This document shows positions 41,726-55,764 of a DNA stretch of 64,000 nt, piece after piece. Under the pieces are notes generated by a model. It worked only from the letters and a program-made list of their open reading frames with translations. It did not search any database and was not told the origin of the DNA. Position 1 is the first letter of the stretch; every line of letters begins with the position of its first letter. The position numbers and the translations under genes were made by a program. The DNA comes from Myxococcota bacterium (lineage in GTDB: Bacteria; Myxococcota_A; Polyangia; Nannocystales; Nannocystaceae): the NCBI GenBank assembly GCA_039028615.1, contig JBCCHT010000028.1:124235-188234 (forward strand), written 5' to 3'.

Positions 41726-43075
41726 ATGTCGGTTATCACTCCCGTTGCTCTGAGCTCCGCCCTGATGACCCTGGCCGCGGCGGGTGCGGGCCCACAGGGA
41801 TTGGTGGGCAGCGGCGGGCCGAGCGATCCCACGGCGATCGTGGGGGGCAACATGGCCGAGCCCTGTCAGTGGCCGTCGGTGGTGGCGATGCTCGAGGACG
41901 ACGACACGCCCGTGATGTGCTCGGGCACGCTGGTGCACCCCGACGTCATCATGACCGCGGCGCACTGCATCATCCCCGAGCGGCCGATCATCGCGGTGGG
42001 CTTCGGTGAAGCGGGAGGCAACGCCGGCGGGGCACCATCTCGGGTGGTCTCGGTCGTCGACTGCATCGGCAACCCCGAGTACTACGAGGGCGAAGGCGCG
42101 GACGTGGGCTACTGCCTGCTCGACTCGCCCGTGCTCGACGTGCCCATCGTTCCGCTGATGGAGGGCTGCGAGGTCGAGGCCCTGGTGCCCGGCTCCGAGA
42201 TCGTGATCATCGGCTTCGGCGCGACCTATGGCTCCTACGACCCGGAGACCGACAGCGTCAACGCGGTAGGCGTCGGCCCCAAGCGCTGGACGACGCAGAC
42301 GGTGCACTCCATCGACGAGTTCGTGCAGGAGATCAACATGCACGGCGACAACGGATCGCAGTCGGCGTGCTTCGGCGACTCGGGCGGGCCAGCCATGGTG
42401 GCGCTGGCCGACGGCAGCTGGCGGGTCTTCGGCACGGGCGGGCACCTGTTCGACCCGGGCGGCCTGCCGCCGCCCAAGCTCGAGGACAACGTGTGCGGCA
42501 GCGGAGCCGCGTATGGCTTCGCCCCCTTCGTGATCGACTGGCTCGAAGCAGAAACGGGCGTCGACCTGACGCCGTGCTGGGACGGCGGAGTCTGGGCACC
42601 CAACGCCGACTGCGGCAACTTCCCCCTCGATCCGGACATCGGTCAGGGGTCGTGGGCGAGCGGCTGCTCCGGCGGCAGCTTTGGCGGGGGCGTGGCGCCG
42701 ACCTGTGATGCCGAGCCGCCTCCACCCGAGCCCCCCGGCACGACCGGAGGGTCGGACGACTTCGGCGAGAGCACCGACGGCTTCGAAGACGACGGCTTCC
42801 CGGGCAGCACCTCGCTCGACTCGGGCCCGCTGGATACCGGCGGCGAAGGTCGACCGTCCGACCCACCCACGCCCGAGCCACCGCTGCCCGGAGGCACGGC
42901 GGCCGAGAGCAGCGGCACGGGAGACGAGCCCGGCGCGGGCGAAGACTCGGGCTTCGCCGGGCGGGGCTGCGGATGCACCACGAGCCAGGATCCGGCCGCG
43001 CCCGCAGCTGCGCTGGGGCTGCTGCTGCTCGGCCTCGGGCTGCGACGTCGCCGTCGCTTCGTCGGCGCCGTCTAG
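41726..43075 (+). CDS. trypsin-like (S1) serine protease with MYXO-CTERM sorting signal
   Basis: IVGG, TAAHC and CFGDSGGP motifs; C-terminal GCGC, hydrophobic helix and RRRRR. Confidence 0.93.
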   Translation: MSVITPVALSSALMTLAAAGAGPQGLVGSGGPSDPTAIVGGNMAEPCQWPSVVAMLEDDDTPVMCSGTLVHPDVIMTAAHCIIPERPIIAVGFGEAGGNAGGAPSRVVSVVDCIGNPEYYEGEGADVGYCLLDSPVLDVPIVPLMEGCEVEALVPGSEIVIIGFGATYGSYDPETDSVNAVGVGPKRWTTQTVHSIDEFVQEINMHGDNGSQSACFGDSGGPAMVALADGSWRVFGTGGHLFDPGGLPPPKLEDNVCGSGAAYGFAPFVIDWLEAETGVDLTPCWDGGVWAPNADCGNFPLDPDIGQGSWASGCSGGSFGGGVAPTCDAEPPPPEPPGTTGGSDDFGESTDGFEDDGFPGSTSLDSGPLDTGGEGRPSDPPTPEPPLPGGTAAESSGTGDEPGAGEDSGFAGRGCGCTTSQDPAAPAAALGLLLLGLGLRRRRRFVGAV

Positions 43076-44157
43076 AGCCCCAGCACGCCCTCGATGGTCT
43101 CCATCATCTTCACCCGTCGCTGGGTGATGGGGCTGGTGCCGTCGACGAGCGCACGGCTCTGCTGGAGCACCGCCTCGAGCGGGAAGTAGGACACCGAGGC
43201 ATCGGAGGTCGGCGTGCCCCCGTCGACGATCGCCTGCCAGGCCACCATCTGATCGGTGCGCCCCTCGAGCAGGGCCCCCACCGCGGCCAGGCCGAGGCGA
43301 CCGGCGACCATGCGATCTTGAAACGTGGGATGACCACCGCGCACGAGGTGCCCGAGCACCGTGCCGCGCACGTCGACGGGGAGGTCTTCGCCGAGCCGCT
43401 CTTGCACTTCGCGAACGAGCCGCGTGCACGGGATGGTGACGCCCTCCGCCTTGAGGATGAGCACCCGCCGCTTGTCTCGCTCGGCGAAGGCCCGGCGAAT
43501 CACGCCCTCGACCGCGGCCACGATGGTCTGGTCGTCGCGGCCCTGCTCGCGAAAGAGCACCGCCTCGGCCCCCACCGCCACCGCCGACGCCATGGCCAGG
43601 TAGCCGCAGTCCCGCCCCATGACCTCGACGACGAAGGCCCGATGATGGGCGCGCGCCGTGTCGCAGATGCGATCGCAGGCGTTGACGATGGTGTTGAGCG
43701 CGGTGTCGACCCCGATGGAGGTCCCGGTACAGCCCACGTCGTGATCGATCGACGCGGGGATGCCGATGACGGGGACCCGGCTCTCCTGCGCCAGCGCGTG
43801 TGCGCCCGCCAGCGAGCCGTTGCCGCCGATGACGACCAAGCCGCGGAGCGACGCCAAGGTCTTCACCGCGGGGGCCCGCCCCTCTTTTTCGAGGAAGCGA
43901 AGCTCTCGCGCCGAGCCCAGCATGGTGCCGCCCACCGAGCCGAGGAAATCCATCTCGGGGTGCACCCGCAGGGTGCCGGAATCGGGCACGGTCAGCGTGC
44001 GGAGGCGGCCCTCGATGAGCCCGGTGAAGCCGTTGTCCACCCCCACCACGGGTACGCCCTGGCTGGCGGCCACCTTCGCGATGGCGCGGACGGCTGCGTT
44101 CATCCCGGGGGCATCGCCACCCGAAGTCAGGACCGCAAGAGGTGCTGCGTCGCTCAC
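43072..44157 (-). CDS. pfkA: 6-phosphofructokinase (PfkA family)
   Basis: TSGGDAPGMNAA, GGTMLGSAR, GGNGS, PASIDHD, VEVMGR and LGHLVRGG motifs. Confidence 0.9.
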   Translation of the reverse strand: MSDAAPLAVLTSGGDAPGMNAAVRAIAKVAASQGVPVVGVDNGFTGLIEGRLRTLTVPDSGTLRVHPEMDFLGSVGGTMLGSARELRFLEKEGRAPAVKTLASLRGLVVIGGNGSLAGAHALAQESRVPVIGIPASIDHDVGCTGTSIGVDTALNTIVNACDRICDTARAHHRAFVVEVMGRDCGYLAMASAVAVGAEAVLFREQGRDDQTIVAAVEGVIRRAFAERDKRRVLILKAEGVTIPCTRLVREVQERLGEDLPVDVRGTVLGHLVRGGHPTFQDRMVAGRLGLAAVGALLEGRTDQMVAWQAIVDGGTPTSDASVSYFPLEAVLQQSRALVDGTSPITQRRVKMMETIEGVLGL

Positions 44158-44232
44158 GAGCTGATCATACCTGCGCCACGACCGAAGCAATATGGGCAAG
44201 CAGCTGCGGGTTTTTCCCAGTAGCATGGGGTC

Positions 44233-45660
44233 ATGCGTTGGCTTTGCATGATGGTGACGGGTTCGCTGGTGGCGACGATCTCGTGTGCGCCCTCCGACAC
44301 GTCCGGCGGGGGCGAAGCCGCGAGCACGGGAGGCGAGGCGAGTTCCGAAATCGGAAGCGAAACGACCGATCCCGCCCCCACCGAGCCTCCGGCCGACAGC
44401 AGCGGCGAGCCGCCCCCCACCGCCGATTCCTCCACCGGCCCCTCCGATGTGTGCGGCGACGGCATCCTCGAGGGCATCGAGGAGTGCGACGACGGCAATC
44501 GCACCAATGGCGACGGCTGCGACAACGACTGCACGCTCAACCTCGACACCAGCATCTGGGAAGCCACGCACCCCGGCGACGCCATGGTTCGCGAGTCCGG
44601 CGAGGGCATCGCGGTGGACTCGATGGGCAACATCGTCGTGGGCGGCTGGGAAGTCGACGCGGTCGGCGATCCCAACATGTGGCTGGCCAAGTACGACACC
44701 GAAGGCACCCAGCTGTGGACGGTCCAGCTCGATCCCTCGGGCGGCATGGACGACCGCATCTACGGCGTGGCCATCGATCCCATGGACAACCTGCTGCTGG
44801 TGGGGGACTCCGACGTCGCGCCCTCGTCCTCGGACATCTGGGTCAGCAAGCGCACGCCCGACGGCGACGAGCTGTGGACGACCACCTTCGACGGGCCCGA
44901 GGGCGGCAACGACGGGGGCCGGGGCATCGCCAGCGACGCCGAGGGCAACATGTTCGTGACCGGCTTCTACCGCGTGGCCAACAACGACAACGACGTGTTC
45001 ATCGCTCGCCTCGGGCCGCAGGGCGACACCCAGTGGGAGCAGACCGTGGCCGGCCCGAAGGGGCTCGACGACCGCGGCCAAGGCGTGGTCGTCGACCCGG
45101 ACGGAGACGCCTACATCGCGGGCTTCGTCTCGCTGGGCGGCTTCAACCGCAACGTCTGGCTCCGCAAGGTCGACGCCGAAGGCGACGAGCTGTGGACCGA
45201 GCAGTGGGACAGCAACACCAACGCCGACGACGCGGGCTTCGGCATCGCCATCGCCCCCGACGGCTCGGTGGCGGTGGCCGGCATGACCCCGGTCGTGGCC
45301 AACAACCAAGACGTGTGGCTCGGGCGCTGGGATGGCGACGGCACGCTCCAGTGGACCAAGCAGTTCGGCGGTCAGGCCTTCGTCAACGACGAGGGTTTCG
45401 CGGTGGCGGCCGATGCCGAGAGCAACTTCATCGTGGTCGGCTTCCGGGGCATGAGCGCCACCGACAGCGACATCTGGATGCGCAAGTACGACGTGGGCGG
45501 CAACGTGCTGTGGTCCCAGGTCGTCGCGGGCACGGGCATGGATCGCGACCAGGCCACCGCGGTGGCGACCGACGGCCTCGACATCGTGGTCACCGGAGAG
45601 ATCCGCAACGCGATGAGCAACGACGGCGACATCTGGCTCGGGAAGTTCGGCCCGGGCTGA
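44233..45660 (+). CDS. lipoprotein with myxobacterial Cys-rich repeat and beta-propeller repeats
   Basis: IS|C candidate lipobox, tether, CGDGILEGIEECDDGN...DGC, then about 7 GIAxDxxGN...W repeats. Confidence 0.88.
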   Translation: MRWLCMMVTGSLVATISCAPSDTSGGGEAASTGGEASSEIGSETTDPAPTEPPADSSGEPPPTADSSTGPSDVCGDGILEGIEECDDGNRTNGDGCDNDCTLNLDTSIWEATHPGDAMVRESGEGIAVDSMGNIVVGGWEVDAVGDPNMWLAKYDTEGTQLWTVQLDPSGGMDDRIYGVAIDPMDNLLLVGDSDVAPSSSDIWVSKRTPDGDELWTTTFDGPEGGNDGGRGIASDAEGNMFVTGFYRVANNDNDVFIARLGPQGDTQWEQTVAGPKGLDDRGQGVVVDPDGDAYIAGFVSLGGFNRNVWLRKVDAEGDELWTEQWDSNTNADDAGFGIAIAPDGSVAVAGMTPVVANNQDVWLGRWDGDGTLQWTKQFGGQAFVNDEGFAVAADAESNFIVVGFRGMSATDSDIWMRKYDVGGNVLWSQVVAGTGMDRDQATAVATDGLDIVVTGEIRNAMSNDGDIWLGKFGPG

Positions 45661-45703
45661 GCGCATGGCCAAGCGCCCCGACCTTGGACTACGGTACTCC
45701 TCG

Positions 45704-46603
45704 ATGGGTCTGTTCCGCGCAGTCGTAGGTCGAGCCCCGGGCTCCCGAGCATGGTTGTCCGCGAGCGTGTTGCTGCTCGCCTGCAAGGCCGCCCCGGCCG
45801 AGCCGACCCAGGCCCCCGCCCCGGATGCGCCCGTCGCCGAGTCCCCGCCGGACGCGACGGAGGCCGACCCCGGGGCGATACCGGAACACCCTCCCTCCGA
45901 CGCGCACCTCACCTCCTCGGGTGTCGCGATCGCGTGGCTGACTCGAGGCGAGACCTCGGGACCGACCCCGGCCCCCGGCGACGAGGTCGAGCTGCAGTAT
46001 CAGGTGTGGAACGAGGCCGGCGAGTGCGTGTCCGAGTCGGCCGAGGGACGCACCGAGACGCTGTCGATGGAGTGGCTCCCGCCCGGCTGGGCCGAGGCCA
46101 TGACCTCGCTGCACCAAGGCGACCGCGCGCAGGTCTGGGTGCCCGCGCACCTGGGCTACCCCAACGATCCCGATGCCCCCCAGGGCGCGCTGCGAATCCA
46201 GCTCGTGGTGGTGGGGGTGCACAACATCAGCAAAGCGACGGGCGACAAGGTGCCGCTGACCGAGCCGCCCTCGTATGCCCTGCGCACCGCGAGCGGGCTC
46301 GCGTTCGTCGTCCTGCAGCCCGGCTCGGGCACCGAGCACCCGATGCCGACCTCGACCGTCACCGCGCACTACGAAGGCTGGACCACCGACGGCAACAAGT
46401 TCGACAGCAGCTACGACCGCGGCCAAGCGACCAAGCTGCCGCTGCAGCACGTCATCCCCGGCTGGCAAGAAGCCGTGCCGCTGATGCTCGTCGGCGAGAA
46501 GACTCGCTTCTGGATCCCGGCCGAGCTCGCCTACGGCGACAAGCCGGGTCGACCTCAGGGCACGCTCATCTTCGACATCGAGCTGATTTCGATCGACGAG
46601 TGA
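45704..46603 (+). CDS. FKBP-type peptidyl-prolyl isomerase (two FKBP domains), probable lipoprotein
   Basis: LLLA|C lipobox; HYEG...FDSSYDRG...VIPGW...IPAELAYG in the second domain; first domain degenerate. Confidence 0.9.
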   Translation: MGLFRAVVGRAPGSRAWLSASVLLLACKAAPAEPTQAPAPDAPVAESPPDATEADPGAIPEHPPSDAHLTSSGVAIAWLTRGETSGPTPAPGDEVELQYQVWNEAGECVSESAEGRTETLSMEWLPPGWAEAMTSLHQGDRAQVWVPAHLGYPNDPDAPQGALRIQLVVVGVHNISKATGDKVPLTEPPSYALRTASGLAFVVLQPGSGTEHPMPTSTVTAHYEGWTTDGNKFDSSYDRGQATKLPLQHVIPGWQEAVPLMLVGEKTRFWIPAELAYGDKPGRPQGTLIFDIELISIDE

Positions 46604-46618
46604 ACGCCGGCCCGACGC

Positions 46619-47641
46619 TCAGTGCAGCTTGACGACGCGGTTGGGCACCCAGGCCAGCTCGAAGTGCCCGAGCATGACCGGAGAGTCTTCGGTCAGGCGG
46701 ACCACGGCGTGGCTGGGGCCTTCGGTCATGCCTGCCGGTCGCACGCCGTTGGTGCTGGCGAGGTCGTAGACCAACAGCGACCGCGGCGCTTCTTCGGTGA
46801 CCAGGGCGTGCACCCGCGAGAGGTTGCGGCCGTGGCCGGCGAGCGAGCACCGGTCGCTATAGCGGCCGATGAGGAGCCCGCGCTGGAGCTGACGACTATC
46901 GAGGTCGAGCTCGCGAACTTCTTCGCCGCGACCGGAAGGCTTGGTCGAGCGCAGTCGCAACACGCCGCGAGGCTGAGGCCGCGCTTCCATGTCGAGACCG
47001 CGATAGCCACCGTACTCGCGGGGCTCTTCGACGCCGAGCTGAGCGACGCCGGGCTCCGAGGTCGCGCTCATGGCCAGTCGCACGCCGTTGCCGGTGGGAT
47101 CGAGGCCGGTGAGGTTGCGGAACGCGTCACCGTCGTCGCCGTCGAGCAACGCGACGCCCTCGGGGCCGCCGGGCGCGACGAACACGACCGTGCGCCCGAG
47201 GCTGATGAGGCCGTGGGCTTGAAACGAGAAGCCCGGTACGCGCTTGCCGTCGGCCAGCAGCACACCCGCCCGACCGCCGAGGTCGTAGCCGCGATAGCGA
47301 ATGGGACCGTCGCCGGGCCAGGCGGTGAGCAGCACGTGACGAAGGCTGACGCGGTTGTCGTTGGGGATGGAGAGCGCGCAGCGGTTGTGCCGCCCGATCA
47401 CCAACGCACGCGGCAAATCGCGGGGTCGGCGAAGAACCCGTTGCGCCACGGGGAAGCCCTTGCGGTCAGTCGCGACGACGAGTGCATCGCCGGAGTCGAC
47501 CCCCGCCACCAGTGCCTGCAGGACAGCCCGGGCCCGACCAAAGCAACCCGCGAGTTGCTCGGTTGGAGTCGTACCGTCGCGTCCTGCCGACGCATCGCCA
47601 GGACGGTTCTGCCCCGCGCTGTCCTCCGGCTTGAGCGCCAC
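46619..47641 (-). CDS. tandem FHA domain protein
   Basis: IGRH...VSLRH and IGRY...LSRVH...STNG motifs. Confidence 0.82.
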   Translation of the reverse strand: MALKPEDSAGQNRPGDASAGRDGTTPTEQLAGCFGRARAVLQALVAGVDSGDALVVATDRKGFPVAQRVLRRPRDLPRALVIGRHNRCALSIPNDNRVSLRHVLLTAWPGDGPIRYRGYDLGGRAGVLLADGKRVPGFSFQAHGLISLGRTVVFVAPGGPEGVALLDGDDGDAFRNLTGLDPTGNGVRLAMSATSEPGVAQLGVEEPREYGGYRGLDMEARPQPRGVLRLRSTKPSGRGEEVRELDLDSRQLQRGLLIGRYSDRCSLAGHGRNLSRVHALVTEEAPRSLLVYDLASTNGVRPAGMTEGPSHAVVRLTEDSPVMLGHFELAWVPNRVVKLH

Positions 47642-47865
47642 CGCTTTGCAGCCTAGGCCAGACCGCGGCAGATGGCCATGCCCAATGCAGGGAAACGATG
47701 GTCGGCCGGCCCGGCGCCCGTTCGCTGAACACCGAGACAGTAGGCACCACGGGCCGTTCCCGGCTAGGTTGCCGGCGCGACCTCGCGTGCACTTACCTTA
47801 CCCTACCCCCTGGTTTCCGGGGCGCCGAAGGGTGGGCTCGGCCGCGAGCGCGGGAGACGTGCCAG

Positions 47866-48255
47866 ATGAACGCGCCGGAGATCGTCACCATTTTGGGTCA
47901 GGGCAGCGCTTTCGAAGGGAAGCTCACCTTTGAAGGCACGGTCCGAATCGATGGGGACTTCTCGGGCGAGATCCGAACGACCGGCACGCTGATGGTCGGC
48001 GAGACCGCCAAGGTCACCGCCCAGATCGACGCGGCCACGGTCGTGATCGAGGGACGAGTCGAAGGCGACATCCGGGCGACCGACTTGGTCGAGCTGCACG
48101 CCACCGCCCACGCGATCGGCACGCTGCACACGCCTAGCCTCGAGATCCAGCGCGGCGCGGTGTTCGATGGCACGACCGTGATGAACCCCGCGAAGGCCCC
48201 GGCCGCCGCGCCCGAGCCGAGCGAAGACGCGCAGTCCGACGACGCCGACGGGTGA
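47866..48255 (+). CDS. bactofilin (polymer-forming cytoskeletal protein)
   Basis: TILGQGSAFEGKL.FEGTVRIDG...GAVFDG beta-helix pattern. Confidence 0.92.
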   Translation: MNAPEIVTILGQGSAFEGKLTFEGTVRIDGDFSGEIRTTGTLMVGETAKVTAQIDAATVVIEGRVEGDIRATDLVELHATAHAIGTLHTPSLEIQRGAVFDGTTVMNPAKAPAAAPEPSEDAQSDDADG

Positions 48256-48554
48256 AGATCTGCGCGAAGCGCCCAGGGGTGTGGGTCCGAAAGCTCACGA
48301 TGACCCGAAGGCCCCGCGGGTGCGGCACAACTCGACCCCCCGCGGGTCGGCAAAACGTCGAACGAGCCCCCGTAGAGGCCGGATTCGCAGCGCTTCGCCC
48401 ACCGTTGACGGGCCATCTACGAAGTGGTAGCTAGCCGCCGCGCCACGCGGGGTGCACTTACCGATTTCAACGGTTTGCGCCCACCTACGGACGCGAATTA
48501 GGCGAATCTCCTCCCCGCTTCCACTGCCGACCCGGTCGGCTCCGTCCCTCGCCG

Positions 48555-49013
48555 ATGGACCTCGCAAGCACCCTCCTCGCCATTCCCGTTGTCGACATCG
48601 ACGGGACCTTCTTCATCCAGGGCGGTATCTACATCGCGCTCGTGGTCATCCTCGGGCCCATGTTGTTCAAGCCCTGGCTCGCTGCGCTCGAGCGCCGCCA
48701 AGAAGCGGTCGACGGTGCGCTGAGCAAGTCCAAGAGCATGCGCGCCGAGGCGGACGAGCTCGCCAAGGACTACGACGACAAGCTCGACGCCGCGCGGGAA
48801 AAGGCGCACGGAGTTCGCTCCGAGGCACGCCGCGAAGAAGAAGAGAGCCAAGCCAAGACCCTGGCCACCGCGCGAAGCGAGGCCAACGACGAGCTCGCCG
48901 CGGCGCGTCAGCGCATCACGTCCGAGACCGACGAGGCGCGCGAAGCCCTGGGCGGCAAGGTCGACGAGCTCGCCAACGAAATCACCACCAAGCTGCTCGG
49001 GAGGGCCTCATGA
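48555..49013 (+). CDS. ATP synthase F0 subunit b'
   Basis: N-terminal TM helix, LFKP...LERR and a coiled coil; first gene of the atp operon. Confidence 0.88.
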   Translation: MDLASTLLAIPVVDIDGTFFIQGGIYIALVVILGPMLFKPWLAALERRQEAVDGALSKSKSMRAEADELAKDYDDKLDAAREKAHGVRSEARREEEESQAKTLATARSEANDELAAARQRITSETDEAREALGGKVDELANEITTKLLGRAS

Positions 49014-49642
49014 GCCGCTCGCTGCGCTGTGTCTCCACCTTCGCCACGCTCACGGCGATCGTGCTCGCTCCGGCCATCGCCATGGCCAGCCCCGAAGAGG
49101 GCGGTCACGGCAGCATCGAGTGGGTCACGCCGGTCTTCAACCACACCGGCAACCTCGGGCTGGTCTGGGCCTTCATCAACTTCGCCATCCTCGCGTGGCT
49201 GCTCGAGAAGATCCTCTTCTCGAAGCTGCGGGCTCGCACCCGCAACAAGCACGACGAGATCAAGAGCGAGATCGACAAGGCCACCTCCGCGCGCGAAGAG
49301 GCCGAGGGCGTGCTCAACGAGTACCGCTCCAAGCTCGACTCCCTCGAGTCCGAGATCGACGGGCTGATGGCCGACGCCAAGAAGCGCGCCGAAGAGGACC
49401 GCGCTCGCATCGTCGCCGACGCGAAGAAGGAAGCCGAGCAGATCAAGGCTTCGGCCAAGGCCACCGCCGAGCGTGAGGCCGCCGCCCGCAAGCGTCAGCT
49501 CGAGGCCGAGATCGTCGACCGAGCCGTGGAGCGAGCCGAGGCTCTGCTCCGCCAGAAGATCACCCCGGCCGACCAGCGCGGCATGGTCGACCAGTACGTC
49601 GACCGCCTCACCCAGGTCGACATCGGAGGTCGCCCCTCATGA
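49010..49642 (+). CDS. atpF: ATP synthase F0 subunit b
   Basis: ATGA overlap with b'; INFAIL TM motif and a long coiled coil. Confidence 0.9.
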   Translation: MSRSLRCVSTFATLTAIVLAPAIAMASPEEGGHGSIEWVTPVFNHTGNLGLVWAFINFAILAWLLEKILFSKLRARTRNKHDEIKSEIDKATSAREEAEGVLNEYRSKLDSLESEIDGLMADAKKRAEEDRARIVADAKKEAEQIKASAKATAEREAAARKRQLEAEIVDRAVERAEALLRQKITPADQRGMVDQYVDRLTQVDIGGRPS

Positions 49643-50190
49643 TCCCCGGAAGCCTCGCTCGTCGCTACGCCCGGGCCCTCATCGGCCTGGCCAGCAGCGG
49701 CCCCCAGCGCGACAAGATCGCCAAGAACCTCGACGCCTTCGCTGAGCTGTGCAAGCAGCCGGACTCCTACGGGACCCCGGTCATGGCCGTGCTCGCCTCG
49801 GATCGCCATCCCGCCGACAAGCGCAAGAAGATCATCGACAGCCTCCTGCGCCGTCTCGGCGCAGACCCGCTGCTCGGCAAATTCCTCCACTACGTTCTCG
49901 ACCGGGGTCGCTTCAACGGCGTCCCCGAGATCGCTCGTGCCTACCGCCGCATGGCGGACGAGGCGGCCGGGCGAGTCAACGCCGAGATCACCACCGCCTC
50001 ACCCCTGTCCCCCGACGCACTCAACAAGATCAAGCGTGCGCTGGAGCAGGCGACCGGTAAGCAGGTCATCGCCACCACCCAGGTCGACCCCGAGCTCATT
50101 GGAGGCGTGGTCGCAAAGGTCGGCTCCTACGTAGTCGACGGCAGCGTTCGCGCATCTCTCAATCAACTCAAGACCTCCCTGCGCAGCTAG
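49639..50190 (+). CDS. atpH: ATP synthase F1 subunit delta
   Basis: ARRYARAL and VDPELIGG...VDGSV motifs. Confidence 0.95.
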   Translation: MIPGSLARRYARALIGLASSGPQRDKIAKNLDAFAELCKQPDSYGTPVMAVLASDRHPADKRKKIIDSLLRRLGADPLLGKFLHYVLDRGRFNGVPEIARAYRRMADEAAGRVNAEITTASPLSPDALNKIKRALEQATGKQVIATTQVDPELIGGVVAKVGSYVVDGSVRASLNQLKTSLRS

Positions 50191-50205
50191 ACAACGGAAC
50201 ACGTC

Positions 50206-51717
<1,512 letters not shown>

Positions 51718-51779
51718 GCCTTCGTGGCGGGCCCTAGCCGGCCCGCCATCTTCTCTGCCCGCCCCACGACGAGCACCCG

Positions 51780-54283
<2,504 letters not shown>

Positions 54284-54319
54284 TCGCCCGCTCGCACCAC
54301 GCACTGAGGAGACGAAGCC

Positions 54320-54733
54320 ATGGCCGAACGCATGAAGCTCGACATCCTGACCCCGCGCGGGGCCAAGCACGAGGACATCGAGGTCCCCGGCGTCGAGGTG
54401 CCGGGCCTGCTCGGCGAGCTCGGGGTCCTGCCCGAGCACGTGCCCTTCGTGACCGCCATCAAGCCCGGCGTCGTTCGCTTCCGCGACGGCAACGAGTCGC
54501 ACCGCCTGGCGGTGGGCGCCGGCTTCCTCGAGGTCACCGAGGTCGGTCGCGTGGTCCTGCTGTGCGAGCGCGCCCTCGCGCCCGACGAGATCGAGGCCGA
54601 CGAGGCCCGAGATCGCCTCAAAGAGGTCAACGCCGAGCTCGCCAAGTACAGCGGCCCGGTCACCGCGGCCACCTACCGCGACCTCGACCAAGAGCGCGGC
54701 TGGCTCGAAGCGCAGCTCCGCTGCGCGGGCTGA
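54320..54733 (+). CDS. atpC: ATP synthase F1 subunit epsilon
   Basis: LDILTP, GELGVLPEH and GFLEV motifs. Confidence 0.95.
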   Translation: MAERMKLDILTPRGAKHEDIEVPGVEVPGLLGELGVLPEHVPFVTAIKPGVVRFRDGNESHRLAVGAGFLEVTEVGRVVLLCERALAPDEIEADEARDRLKEVNAELAKYSGPVTAATYRDLDQERGWLEAQLRCAG

Positions 54734-54760
54734 CGCCCTCCCCTCTTCGGAGAAACCACG

Positions 54761-54800
54761 AACGCGGCTGTGCTCCTCTCGAGCGCGGCCGCGTTTCGTT
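54761..54800 (+). terminator. probable terminator of the atp operon
   Basis: 15-bp stem (2 G-U pairs) 54761-54775 / 54781-54795 with a T-rich tail. Confidence 0.65.
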
Positions 54801-54825
54801 CGTGGACTGATAGGATCTGCAGCTC

Positions 54826-55764
54826 GTGACCGACTCTCCATCCCAAGCCTCCCAAGACGAACGCTGGGCGACGATTGCGGTGCGGCTTCTGGCCGACGAC
54901 CCGAGCGCCGAGCAGATCGATCGCCTGGACACCCTGGGCCTGATGGTCGCGGGCGAGGCTGCGGTGGGCGGGGTCGAGCGTCGCGATGCGGGCACCCTCG
55001 TCGGCGCTCCGAACCCGGAGCAGTGGGTCTACACCACGCCGCCCGCCATCGAAGGGGTGCAGGCCACCATCGCCACGCTGGCGCGCTCGCTCGATCTTCG
55101 CATCGCCACCGCCGTCGAGATCCACGACGACGACCAGTGGCGCGAGGCGTGGAAGCAGTTTTATCCGCCGCAGATCCTGGGCGACGGCGTGCTGCTGCTA
55201 CGCCCGAGCTGGGTGGAGCGGCGACCGGGCGACCCCGAGCGTGAAGTCGTGCTCGATCCGGGTCGAGCCTTCGGCACCGGCCTGCACGAGAGCACCCGCC
55301 TGTGCCTCGACTCGCTGTGCGCCATGGATCTGGGCTCGCCACCGCAAAGCGTGCTCGACCTCGGGTGCGGCTCGGGAATCTTGGTGCTCGCCGCCGCCCG
55401 GCTGTTCCCCAGCGCGCGCCTGTCCGCGATCGACTTCGACCCCGAAGCGGTCGACACCACCCGCGAAAATGCCCAAGACAATGCGCTGCTCGATCGCGTC
55501 GCGCTGTCGGTCGGCACCATCGACGACGTCCCGGCCGAACCCTTCGAGCTGGTCATCGCCAACATTCGCCCCGAGGTGCTGATCCCCGCCGCGCCCGCCA
55601 TGCGCGAGCGGGTCGCCGCCGGGGGCAACGTGCTGCTGTCGGGGATCCTCGTCGAAGAGGCGGCCGAAGTGCAGGCGGCCTACCGCGACGCCGGCTTCAT
55701 CGTGGTCGACGAAGCGGGTCCGGTGATGGGCGAGTGGCAGGCGGTGAAGCTGCGGGCCCCATGA
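54826..55764 (+). CDS. prmA: ribosomal protein L11 methyltransferase
   Basis: WREAWK, LDPGRAFGTGLHESTRLC, DLGCGSGIL, IANI and LSGI motifs. Confidence 0.95.
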   Translation: MTDSPSQASQDERWATIAVRLLADDPSAEQIDRLDTLGLMVAGEAAVGGVERRDAGTLVGAPNPEQWVYTTPPAIEGVQATIATLARSLDLRIATAVEIHDDDQWREAWKQFYPPQILGDGVLLLRPSWVERRPGDPEREVVLDPGRAFGTGLHESTRLCLDSLCAMDLGSPPQSVLDLGCGSGILVLAAARLFPSARLSAIDFDPEAVDTTRENAQDNALLDRVALSVGTIDDVPAEPFELVIANIRPEVLIPAAPAMRERVAAGGNVLLSGILVEEAAEVQAAYRDAGFIVVDEAGPVMGEWQAVKLRAP

